This document shows, piece after piece, positions 48,462-60,420 of a stretch of 64,000 bases of DNA (positions are counted from its first letter, which is position 1; each line of letters opens with the position of its first letter). Below the pieces are notes generated by a model. It worked only from the letters and a program-made list of their open reading frames with translations, made no database searches and was not told the origin of the DNA. A program made the position numbers and the translations under genes. Location of the stretch: positions 5,952,001-6,016,000 of the forward strand of contig OU015566.1 of NCBI GenBank assembly GCA_907165135.1, written 5' to 3'. The stretch is from Oikopleura dioica (lineage: Eukaryota > Animalia > Chordata).

Positions 48462-51400
48462 ATGGAGCCGACAGAACTGTTTCGCTCCGACTATCACAAG
48501 CGATTTGTCCACAAAAGCGAGACTGACTGTAAGTCACACCATTAATTTTAACGTTAACCATTTAATTTTATATTATCGAAATCTATGGGAGTAAAATTGG
48601 CTCCCATATTTTGATGTAAAAAATTACCTGTTTTAGGAAATTTTTGACTCAAAAAATGAATTTAACGAAGAGAAACCCTCGTTTTAACCTTACGCCGCCA
48701 AACTAAAATTTCACCCCCCGCCGCCAAATGTGCCATATATGGCACATAATCTTTTCCGCCATCTTAGGCCCCTTATAATGGCCGAACCCGAACCTTAACC
48801 CAGATCCAAACTCTAACCAAAGCATAAACTCAAACATGAACCCAAACCCAAACCCAGACTAGTGTTCAAAAATGAATAACAGTGTAAGAAACCGAAATGA
48901 TGATAGAAAGAAAAATGGGTGTTTGAAAGACCTTGTGCCATATATGGCACATTTGGCGGCGTAGGGTTAAGGTATCTCAGTTTTTAAGGGCATCTCTTCG
49001 ATAAACAACTATAGTTATTTTCAAATATATATTAAATATATATTTTCAAAACCCTATTTTCGAATCGAAAAAAAGAAACCTCTTAGTGAAGGTTCTCAGG
49101 CATTGGAACTTTTTGACTCAAGAAAAAAAATATCGAGGAGCTTTCGTTTTAGATATCAAAGAGGAATTCCAGTTTATAACAAAGAAAGGAAATGACTTCA
49201 ACGTCAAGTACAACGTCAAAGAAGCGACAAAGCGAAAGAACGAGCCTTTCAACCGCTACCGTGATATTTTGGCGTACGATGAAACACGCGTTAAGGTTTT
49301 TCCGTTTTGAAAATTTTGAAAAAATTTGACCCGTGTTTTTCAGCTGAAGAAAGTGAGCTACATCAATGCGAACTGGGTCAAGGGTCTCGAGGAGCGAGAG
49401 TTTATCGCCACTCAAGGGCCCAAGCCAGAAACTGCCAGGCATTTTTGGGAAATGGTCATTGAGGTAATCAAATTTTGATTAGATTAGATTTTTATTTGTA
49501 CATCGATAAAAAGACAAGTTATTTTAGAATTTTGGATATTAATAAGAAACTAATGAATTTTTAGCAATTCTAAAGGTTTTTGACACTAGTTAATCGAAAA
49601 GCAGCTCTCTGATTGGTTGAGAATCCCCATAAGCCAATAAAAGGCCACCTCATGTCAATTAGTTCAAGAAAGATTGTCTACACTAGAATTAATTTTAGAA
49701 TTCAGAGAAAAAATGACTGAAATTTTCGATGACTCATCAATTTTTTTCTAGCAAAAAGCGAAAGTCGTGGTTATGTTGTGCAAGCTTCGTGAAATCAACA
49801 AGCGAACGGGAATGGTCCGAAACATGTGTTACGATTACTGGCCTTTGGAAGTAAATTCGCCAAAAGTAATCGGTAAAAATTATGAAGACATAGAGGAGAA
49901 TCTCCAACAAGATCTTTAGACGGAGAGGAAAGTGGACTGCCCTCAATCACGGTGACAGTGACGGAAGAGCAAAAGTGCGAGGGATACACGAAGCGGCAGA
50001 TCACAGTGACGGACAAGGCCGGCCATCACAGGAAAATCACTCATTTCCAGGTCGTTCAAAACCGCGCTTTCCGGGTTTTAAATCTTCTCTTAGATGACTT
50101 CCTGGCCCGATTACGGAGTGCCAGACAGAAGGGATGATGTCTTTCGCCTTATCAACGACTACAGAACTGTTTCCAGTAATGATAAGTATGTTTAACGAAT
50201 AAAACAGTGTTTGACGAAATTCTAGGGCGCCGATAATCATGCACTGTTCTGCAGGAGTCGGGAGAACAGGAACAATCATCGCCGTCGATCGAGTGATGCA
50301 AATGTTTTCCAAAAACTTGTTGAAGAAAAACTTTAACGTGAAAGACTTGGTGATTGAGCTGCGAAAGCAAAGAATGAAGATGGTGCAGGTAAGACCGTGA
50401 ATAGCCGCTAGAATCACCAAAAATCACTTCAGAGCGAAGAGCAGTACAGATTTCTCTACCCGACTGTCTACCGAATATTTTTCGACTGCGACCCGCCGAA
50501 GAACTTTGCCGAAAGCAGCTCGGTCACTCTTCCCAGGACGCCGCAAATGCCACAGAAAAGTATCAAGAGAATCAAAGACACGCCCAGGAATTCGAAGGAA
50601 CGACCAACGAGCGAACTCCACACGCCCAAAAGAAAAGGTTAGTGTTTGACCTCAAGTGACCTTAGCCCTTGTAAATTGACGTCCAAATTCAGGAAATATG
50701 CGCCGAAGCAAAAGCCACGAGCGCCTAGACTTCGATATTACCGACGAGATCATGAGCGAGACGCTGAGAAAAGCAGGCAAAAAACCGCCAAAGCGAACAG
50801 CCGGAATTCACCCAGGAAGGAGCGCGCAGCAGCAAAGGCCGGCAGAGACTCGGGAAAAGCAGCGAAAAGAAGAGTTGATTATCAAAACGGATGGGGACTA
50901 TTCGCTCAGTTCCGTGGAAGATTTGAGCTCGGAGTTGAAGGGTGGTCCTGGGCCGCTGAGACAGCATTCCGTCAAATTGGCCTCCACGCTTCAACCTAAA
51001 CGTAAGGCGTATAAATACTGAGCTCGGAAACCTGTGCTGGAACCTGAGTCAGGATCCTAGAAGAGGGCTACTTCGCGGCTTTTCTTCACAAAAAGAATAG
51101 CTTCACTAGAATTCAGCAAATTGATTGGAAAAATCACAATCGATTCAGGACCCATTCAGGACCCTGCCTCAGGTTTGTATACAGGTCGGCAAGCCCAGAT
51201 TCAATATTTTGACGCTCATTTTCTTGAATTTGAAAATCAAGCGCTAATAATCCCTTCAGAAAGCCCGAAGATGCTCAAAGACACCCCCAAGTCAAAATCC
51301 ATCTTCTCGAACATCGGTAATTTCTTCAAGAAGAAGCCTAGTTCCCAGTCTCCGAAAGAAGCGACCAACATTTCGGCAGCATATCGAACTCCTTCGCCCG

Positions 51401-51495
51401 AACCCTATCTCGGCAACGACCCGCCGCCAAAATCAACAAAGCCGAAATGGATCACGCCCGAAAAGTCGAAATCACGAAGGAAAAAAGCTTCTTGA
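48462..51495 (+). CDS. Classical non-receptor protein tyrosine phosphatase
   Basis: Motifs [56 protein letters not shown] and RKQRMKMVQ|SEEQY across GT-AG introns, plus a low-complexity C-tail. Confidence 0.92.
48688..48966. mobile_element. piggyBac-like MITE in PTP intron 1
   Basis: ttaa|ccttacgccgccaaa ... tttggcggcgtaggg|ttaa, with subterminal palindrome tgtgccatatatggcaca twice and internal AACCC(A/G)-like hexamers. Confidence 0.8.
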
Positions 51496-52485
51496 AGTCA
51501 ATTTCAGTCGACAGTTACAAATTTCTAGCTTCATTCTTTCTTGACAAATTCCGTTGAAAATTCAAACAAGTAATTCACTATTTTAAACAAAAAAACCTTT
51601 CAACTTATTCAAAATTCATCTTTTGTATTCTTTTTCCATCGCGCTTATTTTCGAAGGACCAAAGAACCTCGCTTGTACAGATAACCAACGCGCGTCTCGA
51701 GAAATTACAGTAATAAACTTAATAATAAATGACTCATCAAGTTCCCATAAAATAACAAAAATCGCTATCTTGTTCAAATCCATTCTATACCTGCTCCCTT
51801 CTTTTTAATAATTCCTTCTTCTTTCTCGATTTCAAAGTTCTCGAACTGTCAAAATCCTTATCAGCAAGAAACTGGCCTTATCAATAAGTTTAGTGAAAAT
51901 TACCAACCCAAAATGCCTTCATTCAAAAATAGACTCTTTCAAGCTAGATTTAACATTTTTTAAAGTTTTAAGTGCCAAATAATTAATAAAAAATTAATAC
52001 AGTTTCAGTAGCATCAGATTAGATGCTGGTGAAAGATGAACTTTTACACTCCAGAACTGAACAATTCTTCTACTTTCAAAGCGGCTTGTTCTCTGTCTTT
52101 TTCAATATCAATAAACTAACTAAAAGATCAACAAGTAATAAATCGTCATTATGCAGAATTTTATCTTCATGTTGCACTTTCTCGGCGGTTTATGCGCCGT
52201 GGAATCCCTTGGGCCTAAGCAGCTGAGCAGTGAGCGCGAGGGTAAAGAAGCACTTTTCTCGAAGTTTCTTCCTGAGATAGCTCTTCATCACGCAAACCCA
52301 TCGCAAAGACGAAAGAGCAAGAATAATCCCGTCAGATTTTCAAAAGTCGCTCTTTGAGGACTATAACGAGAGGAGCCGCCGGAGGATTATGAACAGGGTA
52401 CTTGACAAAACGTAAAAGTTGATTTTACTCACTCTCGGAAACTTTTATTTTTTCGTATTCGATCGAGGGTCGAAATAGACCGGTC

Positions 52486-55400
52486 ATGAGCCCAGATTCT
52501 ACGGAAGAGGCTGTGGAAACCGATTCGTCGAAAAAGATATTGAAAAGCGAGCAACTGGCGAATGTCAAATGCCTTGAATGTAACTGCGTCGGGAGAGTAA
52601 TGAAAACAATTGATGGAATTGTGCTTTTTCCAAAAAAGGTGAAGAGAACTCTGCTTGACTTGGGTGGAGGAAAATTGATGCCAAATATTAACAAAGCGAT
52701 GCCAACGGTGAAAATCGCCAACAGAGTAACGAAAAAATTCGTTGAGGGATTCAATCGAGTTGAACCCAGCAACGAACCCAATCGAGATAGCGGTTTCTTC
52801 CAAAGAACAATTGAAGGACTCCAACAATTCAGAAAGAGATTCGCTAGCGGAGTAAACAGCGCTAAAGGAGAGAGAAGAATGAAGCTTGTAAAAGTAATGG
52901 AGCGTATCAACCGAGAAAAGACAAAAATCCCAGCAAAGGACATTCCGGAGAGATTCACGGGCTTTTTCTCTGATGAGTTCGAGAAAGACAATTTTTGGAA
53001 ATCAAAGAGACGCTTTTCGATGCAGTAAGTACACCTTGAAAATAGAGGCTTTATTTTTCAAGGCATTTTTATAAAGAAAAGTGGAGCTCTTTAAATCTTT
53101 AATTTAAGTGGGAACGCAACGAATCGTCAATTTGCTGTTTACATGTTGTTCGGATGTCTATTTTGGGGGACTGTCGTTGGCATAAGTATCTTTGTTATCA
53201 TGTTTCAATTTATTCAAGTGATTTTCAGCGAATTACTATTCCATGCTAGCAGCTCGTATTCAACCAAGCTACTTGACGCATGTTTGCCAAGTTGGTTTCA
53301 AAAAATGTTTTCTAAAAAACGAAATGGATTACTGCGCACACCTACTTCATGACTGCATTGGGACGGGCAATTTCACTCAACCAGCCGAAGTCATTATTCC
53401 AGAAGAAGATAAAGAGGCTCCTCTTACATTTTCAGATAAGGAAAATAAAATCAATCAATTTCGATGCAAGAAGCAGAAATTCTATGCCATGTTTTTGAAA
53501 ACCCTCATGGAATTCGTAAATAATAATCGATTTACTCTGATTTAAAAAATATGAAAAAGACCGCTATATCTGTCGCCATCTCTGTTCCCCAGAGATGCAA
53601 ATTTTCAAAATTTTTTGCTTAGCTAAAAAAAGATGAGCTGGGAATAAAATTAAGCTGAAAGATGCTTAGCCTAGCCGGCAGATGACTAATCTGAGATAAG
53701 TTTTCCTTGCTAGCTCAGCTATCTTAGCTTAGAAAATTTGCAACTCTGCTGTTCCCAATCTCTTGTATTGGAATCAACGACGAATAAGGCTTTTCCTCCT
53801 TGCGATCAAATCTGCTTTGAATTAACCAGATCACATGACTTTGCTGGAGAAGTTTGTCCCTTTGAGAAATACTGCCAAAGAGGTTGTCCTTGTTTATTTT
53901 ATCAATGCGAAAAAATCGAAAATGAGCAAACGCTCGTTCCTGTTTGGGATTTGAAAAGAGGGAAGATTATTAAAGGAAAGTTGCCTTGTTTGTAAGGGAA
54001 AGAGATCTCCTTTAAGAGTTGCTCTGACAACTTTGAAAGCTCCAAAGGAAACCAGAGGAAAGTCAGGGGAAGTTCTTGACTTAAGTATTATTACGAAAAG
54101 AATGGACGAGGATAAATTCAATACAGAAGTTCAGGCATTCGAGAAAGTCCCTCGCGTTGCTTCATATCTGAAGTTTCCGATTGCATTTTTTAATTTCCAA
54201 GAGAAGAAAGATTCAAATGCTACTTATTTAGAGTAGGGTTGGTCACTTCTTACATGCTTTTTTAAAATGTCATTTAGTAAAAGTCACTCAACCCAGATCA
54301 GAAGAAAACGATAATCTCTTTTCTCATGAACGTTTTTGATTGAAATAAGATTCATTTTAAAAATGATAAATAAAATCGTAAAAGTCGACTGGTGCAACTT
54401 TTCTCAATGGCGAGCATTACTTGGTCGATGTCAAGGGAAATTTGATGAAGGTCAAGGAAACTGACGGTTCTTCGGTGTTTATAAGAAATCGACTAACAAA
54501 AGTGTAAGCTTACGCTCGTTTATAAACAGGCTTATATTTCTTGATCAGAGGCTTTTTTGTTTTCCACTTTGGGTCGTCGATCGGAACTCATCAAATCGAA
54601 ATACGCAACAAAGAGAATAACAGAAAAGTGTTTCCAGTCGTCGTTATCTGAAAACGGTCAAAACAAGCTGATCTGGTAGTAATACCAATTTTTGAGAATA
54701 ATTTCATTCTTTTAATCGATTTTTTTGACCCTTTTAAGCCGTCCAACTCAAAAAGACGAGAAATGCTTTTACTATGCTCCCGATTATAATCAAAAGCGCT
54801 TCGAAGAAGCCCAGGGCTACATAGCCACCAACCACTTCAACGCGAAAGTGTCTTCAGTTAGCTTCAAAGGAGTCTTCTACCTGATGAGTATTAGACTTGG
54901 AGACCCTTACATCAAACTGTCGACCACAATCGCTTTGAACAGGATCAGGAAGGAGGAAGAGATGGAGAAAGGTTGGAAGAAAAGCGATTTCGGAATTCCA
55001 ACTGAACTGAGGGATGTTAATCCAGTCCATGTGGTCCCCTTGAAACGAGTTATGAATTGCACTCAAGCACATTCAATTCAGTCTGGGACGGGTCCAAACC
55101 GACCCGAAGGGGAGGCAATCTCAAATCATTTGAAACATTCAGTACACATTCAATTCAGTCAGGGAGGGGGCCAAGCCGACCCGAAGGGGAGGCCACTCAA
55201 GCACATTCAATTCAGTCTGGGACGAGGCCAAACCGACCCGAAGAGGAGGCAATCTCAATTCATTTGAAATATTCAGGGGGGCCCTGAATCAGGGCATATT
55301 AAATTCAGTCAGGGAGGGGGCGAAGCCTAACCATTGGGGAGGCCTTTCAAGCACATTCAATTCAGTCAGAGGCGAGGGCCTAGCCGACCCGAAGAATTAG

Positions 55401-58400
55401 AAACGGGACTAATGACTGACGAATTTTGGACCGAGACCGTCCGCTCTTATTCTAGCGATACAATTATCACTATCAATTACACTTTTATTCAACGCAAAAT
55501 ACCTTATGATTTGTATTTATAAATTTTTGAAATCATTCATGAGCTCGAAACCTTTACTAACTCAAGAAAGATCGATTTAGAGCGACTTCTCTTGATTGTC
55601 GTAACAAGAAGCGTTGCTCTTTCAAACACTCTGTACTCGATTTTCTTGGAAGCAGAAGGAAAGTTCCTGACACTCGGTCGCGAGTGGATTGGCTCGCTCG
55701 TTAAGTATGAGGAAAAATCGGTTTGCTACTCGAAGATGTTCGCAACTCAAGATTCTTTCTACACAAATCAAGGTGGAGTCATCAACGATGAGTGCGAGTA
55801 CTTTGTTAGCGGAATACAGGGCGGTCTAATTTGCATTCTTGTAAATAATCTCGAAAATTTGCGAGATTAATCTTCTTTGGAAAAAGATTCTGAGATTAGT
55901 CAAGACTGGACTAGTTTCGAGATTAATCTTTTTAGCGAGGGTCGCGTGGCTCGGGGGAAAAATTTGGGTGGCGCTGGCGAGCTGTGAGCAGTGCGAGGCG
56001 GCGCGGACAAAATTTCAAGCTGCGCTCCAAGCATGTTTGAGTTTCATTTTTCTCTCGCGCCCTCGGCCATTGGTCCACCAATCACAGCGCGCGTTTCAAG
56101 ATTATTTGAAATAATCTCGGAACTATTTCAAAAATTTCCCGAATTAATCTTTTTTATTCAAACAGACTAATCTCGCGTCGAGATTAATCCTATAAGAATA
56201 AATGAATAGTCTTCGGAAAAAAGACTATTTACAAGAATGCAAATTAGACCGCCCTGGCGGAATACTTAACGACGAAAGAATCTTTATTCAAAATTATGTT
56301 TTCGATTCTTTATTCAAAGTACAGTTCAATTTCGGAAGGGATTTTCATTTTCAACTGTAGATTGTGTTCTGCTGATAACAGTTATGGTAAATCCCGCAAA
56401 AAGACTTAATCGAGGTTGAATTCGTCCAGCACAAAGCCCAGCATAAAATGCAAGTGACAAGCAATCCATTTTTCGCTTTTCACGATGACGTTTTCCCTGC
56501 TTTCGCAAAGAATGTAGTCTCGCAGTCTCTATTCCCTCGACCAAGCTTTTATCACAGAACAATCATCCCGAATAAGTCATTTTCATCAATAGCAGAATTG
56601 AAACATATTTCTACTGTGGAGATAGAATTGAATGGAACAGACAGTTTTGAACTCGACATTGATTTTCAGCAAAACTCACGAGGATCGAGAATTCTTCAAT
56701 TTAATTTTTTGATGAATCAACTCTTTTGAGTTTTGGAATTTTCCGAAATGGCTCCTTGTGGATAGACTCTGATTACTTCGAGGGACCGTTAATGTTTCAT
56801 TCAAAACTCGAAAAACTACAAAAACTGGCATTTCATTTCAATTCATCAGACTCGGTCGAAGCATCTCTTTTTCAAATCTTCAAGGACCAGTTATTTTAAG
56901 ACCGAATTTTTATTCCACATCCGAATTAACTCAAATAAGAATTCAAAAAGGGAAGCAGACTCAACGACAGAGACAACGGGTCTTGAAAACATAAAGAACA
57001 AAAAAGTGCGAATTTTCAAATTAGAGAATTCGACAAAAATGAAGAATTTTATTTACACTACTCAATACGAAAAAACGACACTATTGGTGATGGGCAGAAT
57101 CTTGGACAAAGCCTTTTCAGTTGCCTTAGACGGATCAACGAAAAAGGCGGTATCGATCGCGGCGCCAGATAGCAACTATCTTGAACAGAGCGTTCATGCT
57201 GTCCAGAGTTGCAAATTTGCTGAGCTGAGTGAGTTGAGCTGGCTGAGTGAGCTGAGCAGTCGCTCAGCTCACTGATTTTCGAAAATGAATTTATCTGCTC
57301 AGCTCAGCTCAGTTCAGACAATTATCACTCAGCTCAGCTCAGCTCAGCTCAATGATTTACCACAATTTCACTACTAAAAAACATTAAAAAACAGCTCAAC
57401 CAAGCTCACTCAGCTCAGCTCAGCTCTAATTAGTATCTGCTCAGCTCAGCTCAGCTCAACTACCTTAAAAAAGGTCTGCTCAGCTCAGAGAATTTCTCAC
57501 TCAGGGCAGCTCAGCTCAGCTCAGCAAAAATAAAGCCAAATTTGCAACTCTGATGCGGTCGTCAAGAATGAGCTCTTTATCTTCGGTGGATGGCCGGATG
57601 GACAAAAAGTATAAGAATTAGAATATTTCTTAATAATTGGGTTAAGATCGCGAAATTAGAAGGATGCGAATGGAAACAGATAAGGGCAAAATTAATCCAC
57701 CCGGTTTCTTTTATGTCGGCTGCTGTCTCGTTCAAAAAGGGCAGAAACGCATTAATTTGTTTTCCCAACTACTGGAACTCGGAGAAAAAGTGCGAGGTTT
57801 TTGATTCAAAAGCTACCGCGATGACTTACGAAACAAGATTCCTACATCGTGGTGGCAGACTCGGTCTCTACAGGGAAAAACCGACAACTGTTGGGAGTCT
57901 CGATCAACGTGATGAACAGAACAAAGTCGAGACTTTAAATTCGCTTGGCTGGTCAAATTTGAGTGATTTTCCAGAAAGGTATTAAAATACCTTATTAAAA
58001 AGAAATGGGCTTGAAAGTCGATTGATTTAGGCAAAATAGTAAAAACGAGATTATATCCCCTAACTGTAAAGATTCAAACATTGTTACTAACAATTTGTTA
58101 GGTATACAGCGTACCATGTTTTGATGGGTCTTCCAAGTGGAAATCTTATTCTTGCTGGAGGTATTAATGAGAATGGGTCCAAATCGGCAATTTGGCTTCT
58201 TGAGAATAATTGTTGGAAAAAAATCGGCGATCTTGAAAACGTTTGTTTCAGAATGTTTAAAAAAATTTTTGATTTTAATTAAGGCTGACGATTCTGGGTC
58301 TGCAATTATCATCAAAAATTCAATTTTTTTCGTATCTGGCTACGAAAGTCGCGTGATCGAACGGTTTGATTTGGAAGAAGATCAGTTGATCAATCGACAA

Positions 58401-58511
58401 GTCATCGGAAACACTCTTCTAAGTCCTCTTCCTGTTCTTTTTGAAGTTCCTGCTGATTTTTGCGTCTCTCGATGTGATCCTTACTGCTTTCAATTCGTTT
58501 GGCAGAAATAA
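52486..58511 (+). CDS. Type II membrane protein with Cys-rich region and C-terminal kelch-like propeller; paralogue of 2348-7139; carries three exonic MITEs and an in-frame TGA (functional status uncertain)
   Basis: Phase-consistent exons: ORF 52486, TM FAVYMLFGCLFWGTVVGI, CPFEKYCQRGCPCLFYQC, then exons homologous to the 2.3-7.1 kb gene, ending ...PVLFEVPADFC. Apparent -1 in the T run at 56705-56710. Confidence 0.6.
53590..53748. mobile_element. hAT-like MITE (159 bp) inserted in a coding exon
   Basis: TIR cagagatgcaaattttc / gaaaatttgcaactctg, TSD ctgttccc (53582-53589, 53749-53756). Removal restores ICRHLCSQSLV. Confidence 0.9.
55060..55395. repeat. Degenerate ~55-77 bp tandem repeat in an intron
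   Basis: The motif cacattcaattcagtc(t/a)ggga..gg.ccaa.ccgacccgaag recurs about five times. Confidence 0.85.
55817..56256. mobile_element. hAT-like MITE (440 bp) inserted in a coding exon
   Basis: ~31-bp perfect TIR cagggcggtctaatttgcattcttgtaaata, TSD gcggaata (55809-55816, 56257-56264). Removal restores EYFVSGILNDERIFIQNY, matching the paralogue's EYFANGIINDEKIYIENY. Confidence 0.93.
57204..57552. mobile_element. hAT-like MITE (349 bp) with (AGCTC)n repeats inserted in a coding exon
   Basis: TIR cagagttgcaaatttg / caaatttgcaactctg, TSD atgctgtc / atgcggtc (7 of 8). Removal restores HAVVKNELFIFGG. Confidence 0.9.
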
Positions 58512-58650
58512 TAGAAACAAAATCGAATATTTCGCCGAAAAAGTGAAATCTTTTATTAATTTTCACTTGAATTAATATTTTATATTGCTTTATTCAGGCT
58601 CAAATTTATTCACAATATTCAGGAAGTTAGATTTACAGAGAAAAATCTTA

Positions 58651-60420
58651 TTAACAGTCATTAGGATTTACGGTCAAAGGACGTTTCGCTGAAAGAGCAT
58701 CGTTTTGTGTGCTTTCCGTTTTCAGTGCTTGAGGATTATTTGGCATCCTGAATTTGATCATAATTTATGATAATTTTATGATTCATAAAATCAAAAATAG
58801 ATATTAAATATAAAGAAAAAACAATTGAACTTACGAATGCCAAGAAGGAGAAAGAACAATATCAGCAACCTCAGGGTGTCTTGATCTCAAATGGCTCTTC
58901 CAGAGATCTTTCCTTCCGTATCTTTTCGAGCAGATCGGGCATCGGAATCTTCTCAGCTCTGGGTAGTGCTTGGGCAAGTGAACGATGATGTTGGATCTGT
59001 AGGGGGTGGAGTAGCCGCAAACGGAGCAGAGGTACTTTTTCACGCTCTCGGACCAGATGTATTTGTCCCGGAAGACTGCTTCGCCCTCACGTGGCTAGAA
59101 AAGAGGGTTGAGAAGGGAAATGAGGGAATGCAATTTACCAGGCCGATGTCTGAGTGGGTGAGGCCGGCGAAAGAAGAAGGTGGAACTTGTGGAAATCGAG
59201 GTTGAGCGTTGTTTCCCAGGAGAGCCAATGGATTCTAAAGGAAAGATAAGGAAAATGAGAAGCTGAGATTCCTTCTTGTAAAAAAATGAATTTCTTACGG
59301 GAGGAATTCCAAGAGGCATTGGCAATCTCTGCGCGGGAGTAGGCTGGTTGAAAGGAGCGGCGCCGCCGAGTCCACTCAAAATTCGTTTCTGCTCTTCTTC
59401 GAGCAACTTTCGCCGCTGGATCGCCGCTTGAAGAATTTGATTTTGAATGCTTTGAATCAGCGCGTTTGGGTGAAGAGAACTCGGAGCTGACACTGGGGGA
59501 GGTTGGAAAGCGCCGCCGGGTGGGAAGGGAAAGGCAGTTGGTTGCGAGGCAGTGGGGCAGTTTTCTGTGCAGATTTCTTCGGCTACGGATTCGATGATTT
59601 TTTTGAAGAAAAGAGTTTTTGATTTACCTTTTTCGGAAGAAGATTCATTCAAGGCTATTTCTTCTTCTTCTTTTTGTTCATCGACGGACAAGTCAATTTC
59701 TGGTTCTTCCGGAAGAACGGTTTTCGGAAGCTTTTCTGTCGGAGAACTGGTGCCGGAATCGTTTGAAAAAGCTTTCTTAGCGGGAGGTTCGGCAGTTTCG
59801 GAGTCTTCTGGGGCGTCAGGACTTTTTGGCGTTTCTGGTCGGGCACGTTTTAGCGCTGTCTTTTCTGGCTCTTCTGATTGCTCTTCTTTCTAAAAAAAAG
59901 AATTATTTTTGAAGACTTTTTCTAAAGAATTTTTTAAGAAAGTAAGAGTTGTATTGTATTTTCCGCTGTTTGATTTTATCAAAAGAAATTCTGCAATTTG
60001 ATTGGCAGAAAAGCCTTTTTTGATGATTTTGATTGGTCGAAAATTGATTTAAGCCTTCTCTACTTACCTTTTTCTTGAGTATGAAACTCAATAATCCAGG
60101 ACTTTGAGTCACTAGTTTTTCTCTTCTCCACTAAGTTTCTGCACCTCTAGAAGATCTTCGGCGGGAACGTCTGTTGGCCAAAAAAGCGTGAAGTGAATCC
60201 CAATTCCCGGATTTTTCTGAAGTGACCAAAGAGCAGATCCGGAAATGGCATTTTCTAGCAGCGCGGATTTCGCTTCTTGCGGAACTAGACTGTCCAAGCT
60301 CTAAAAATACAGTTCAACAATGCTCCGAAAGAGTATAAAAATCAACTCTCTGAGTCCTTTTACAAAGAGCCAGCTTCTGGGGCCGAAAAACTAGCCAAGT
60401 CAATAGGATCCCATTTGTGT
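58651..60420 (-). CDS. C2H2 zinc-finger protein (two fingers; 5' end uncertain, possible SAM-like N-terminus)
   Basis: YLCSVCGYSTPYRSNIIVHLPKH and FRCPICSKRYGRKDLWKSHLRSRH, a P/Q-rich middle region, and a last exon ending at 58651 after a phase-2 GT-AG intron. Confidence 0.75.

Noticed and set aside
48780-48860. Interstitial telomeric repeat
   Set aside because: The hexamers are degenerate and lie inside a TTAA-flanked MITE.
55053-55267. Repetitive C-terminal extension of ORF 54725 (HIQFSQG...)
   Set aside because: Homology to the paralogue stops at VVPLKR, where a GT donor occurs in both copies. The rest is intronic tandem repeat.
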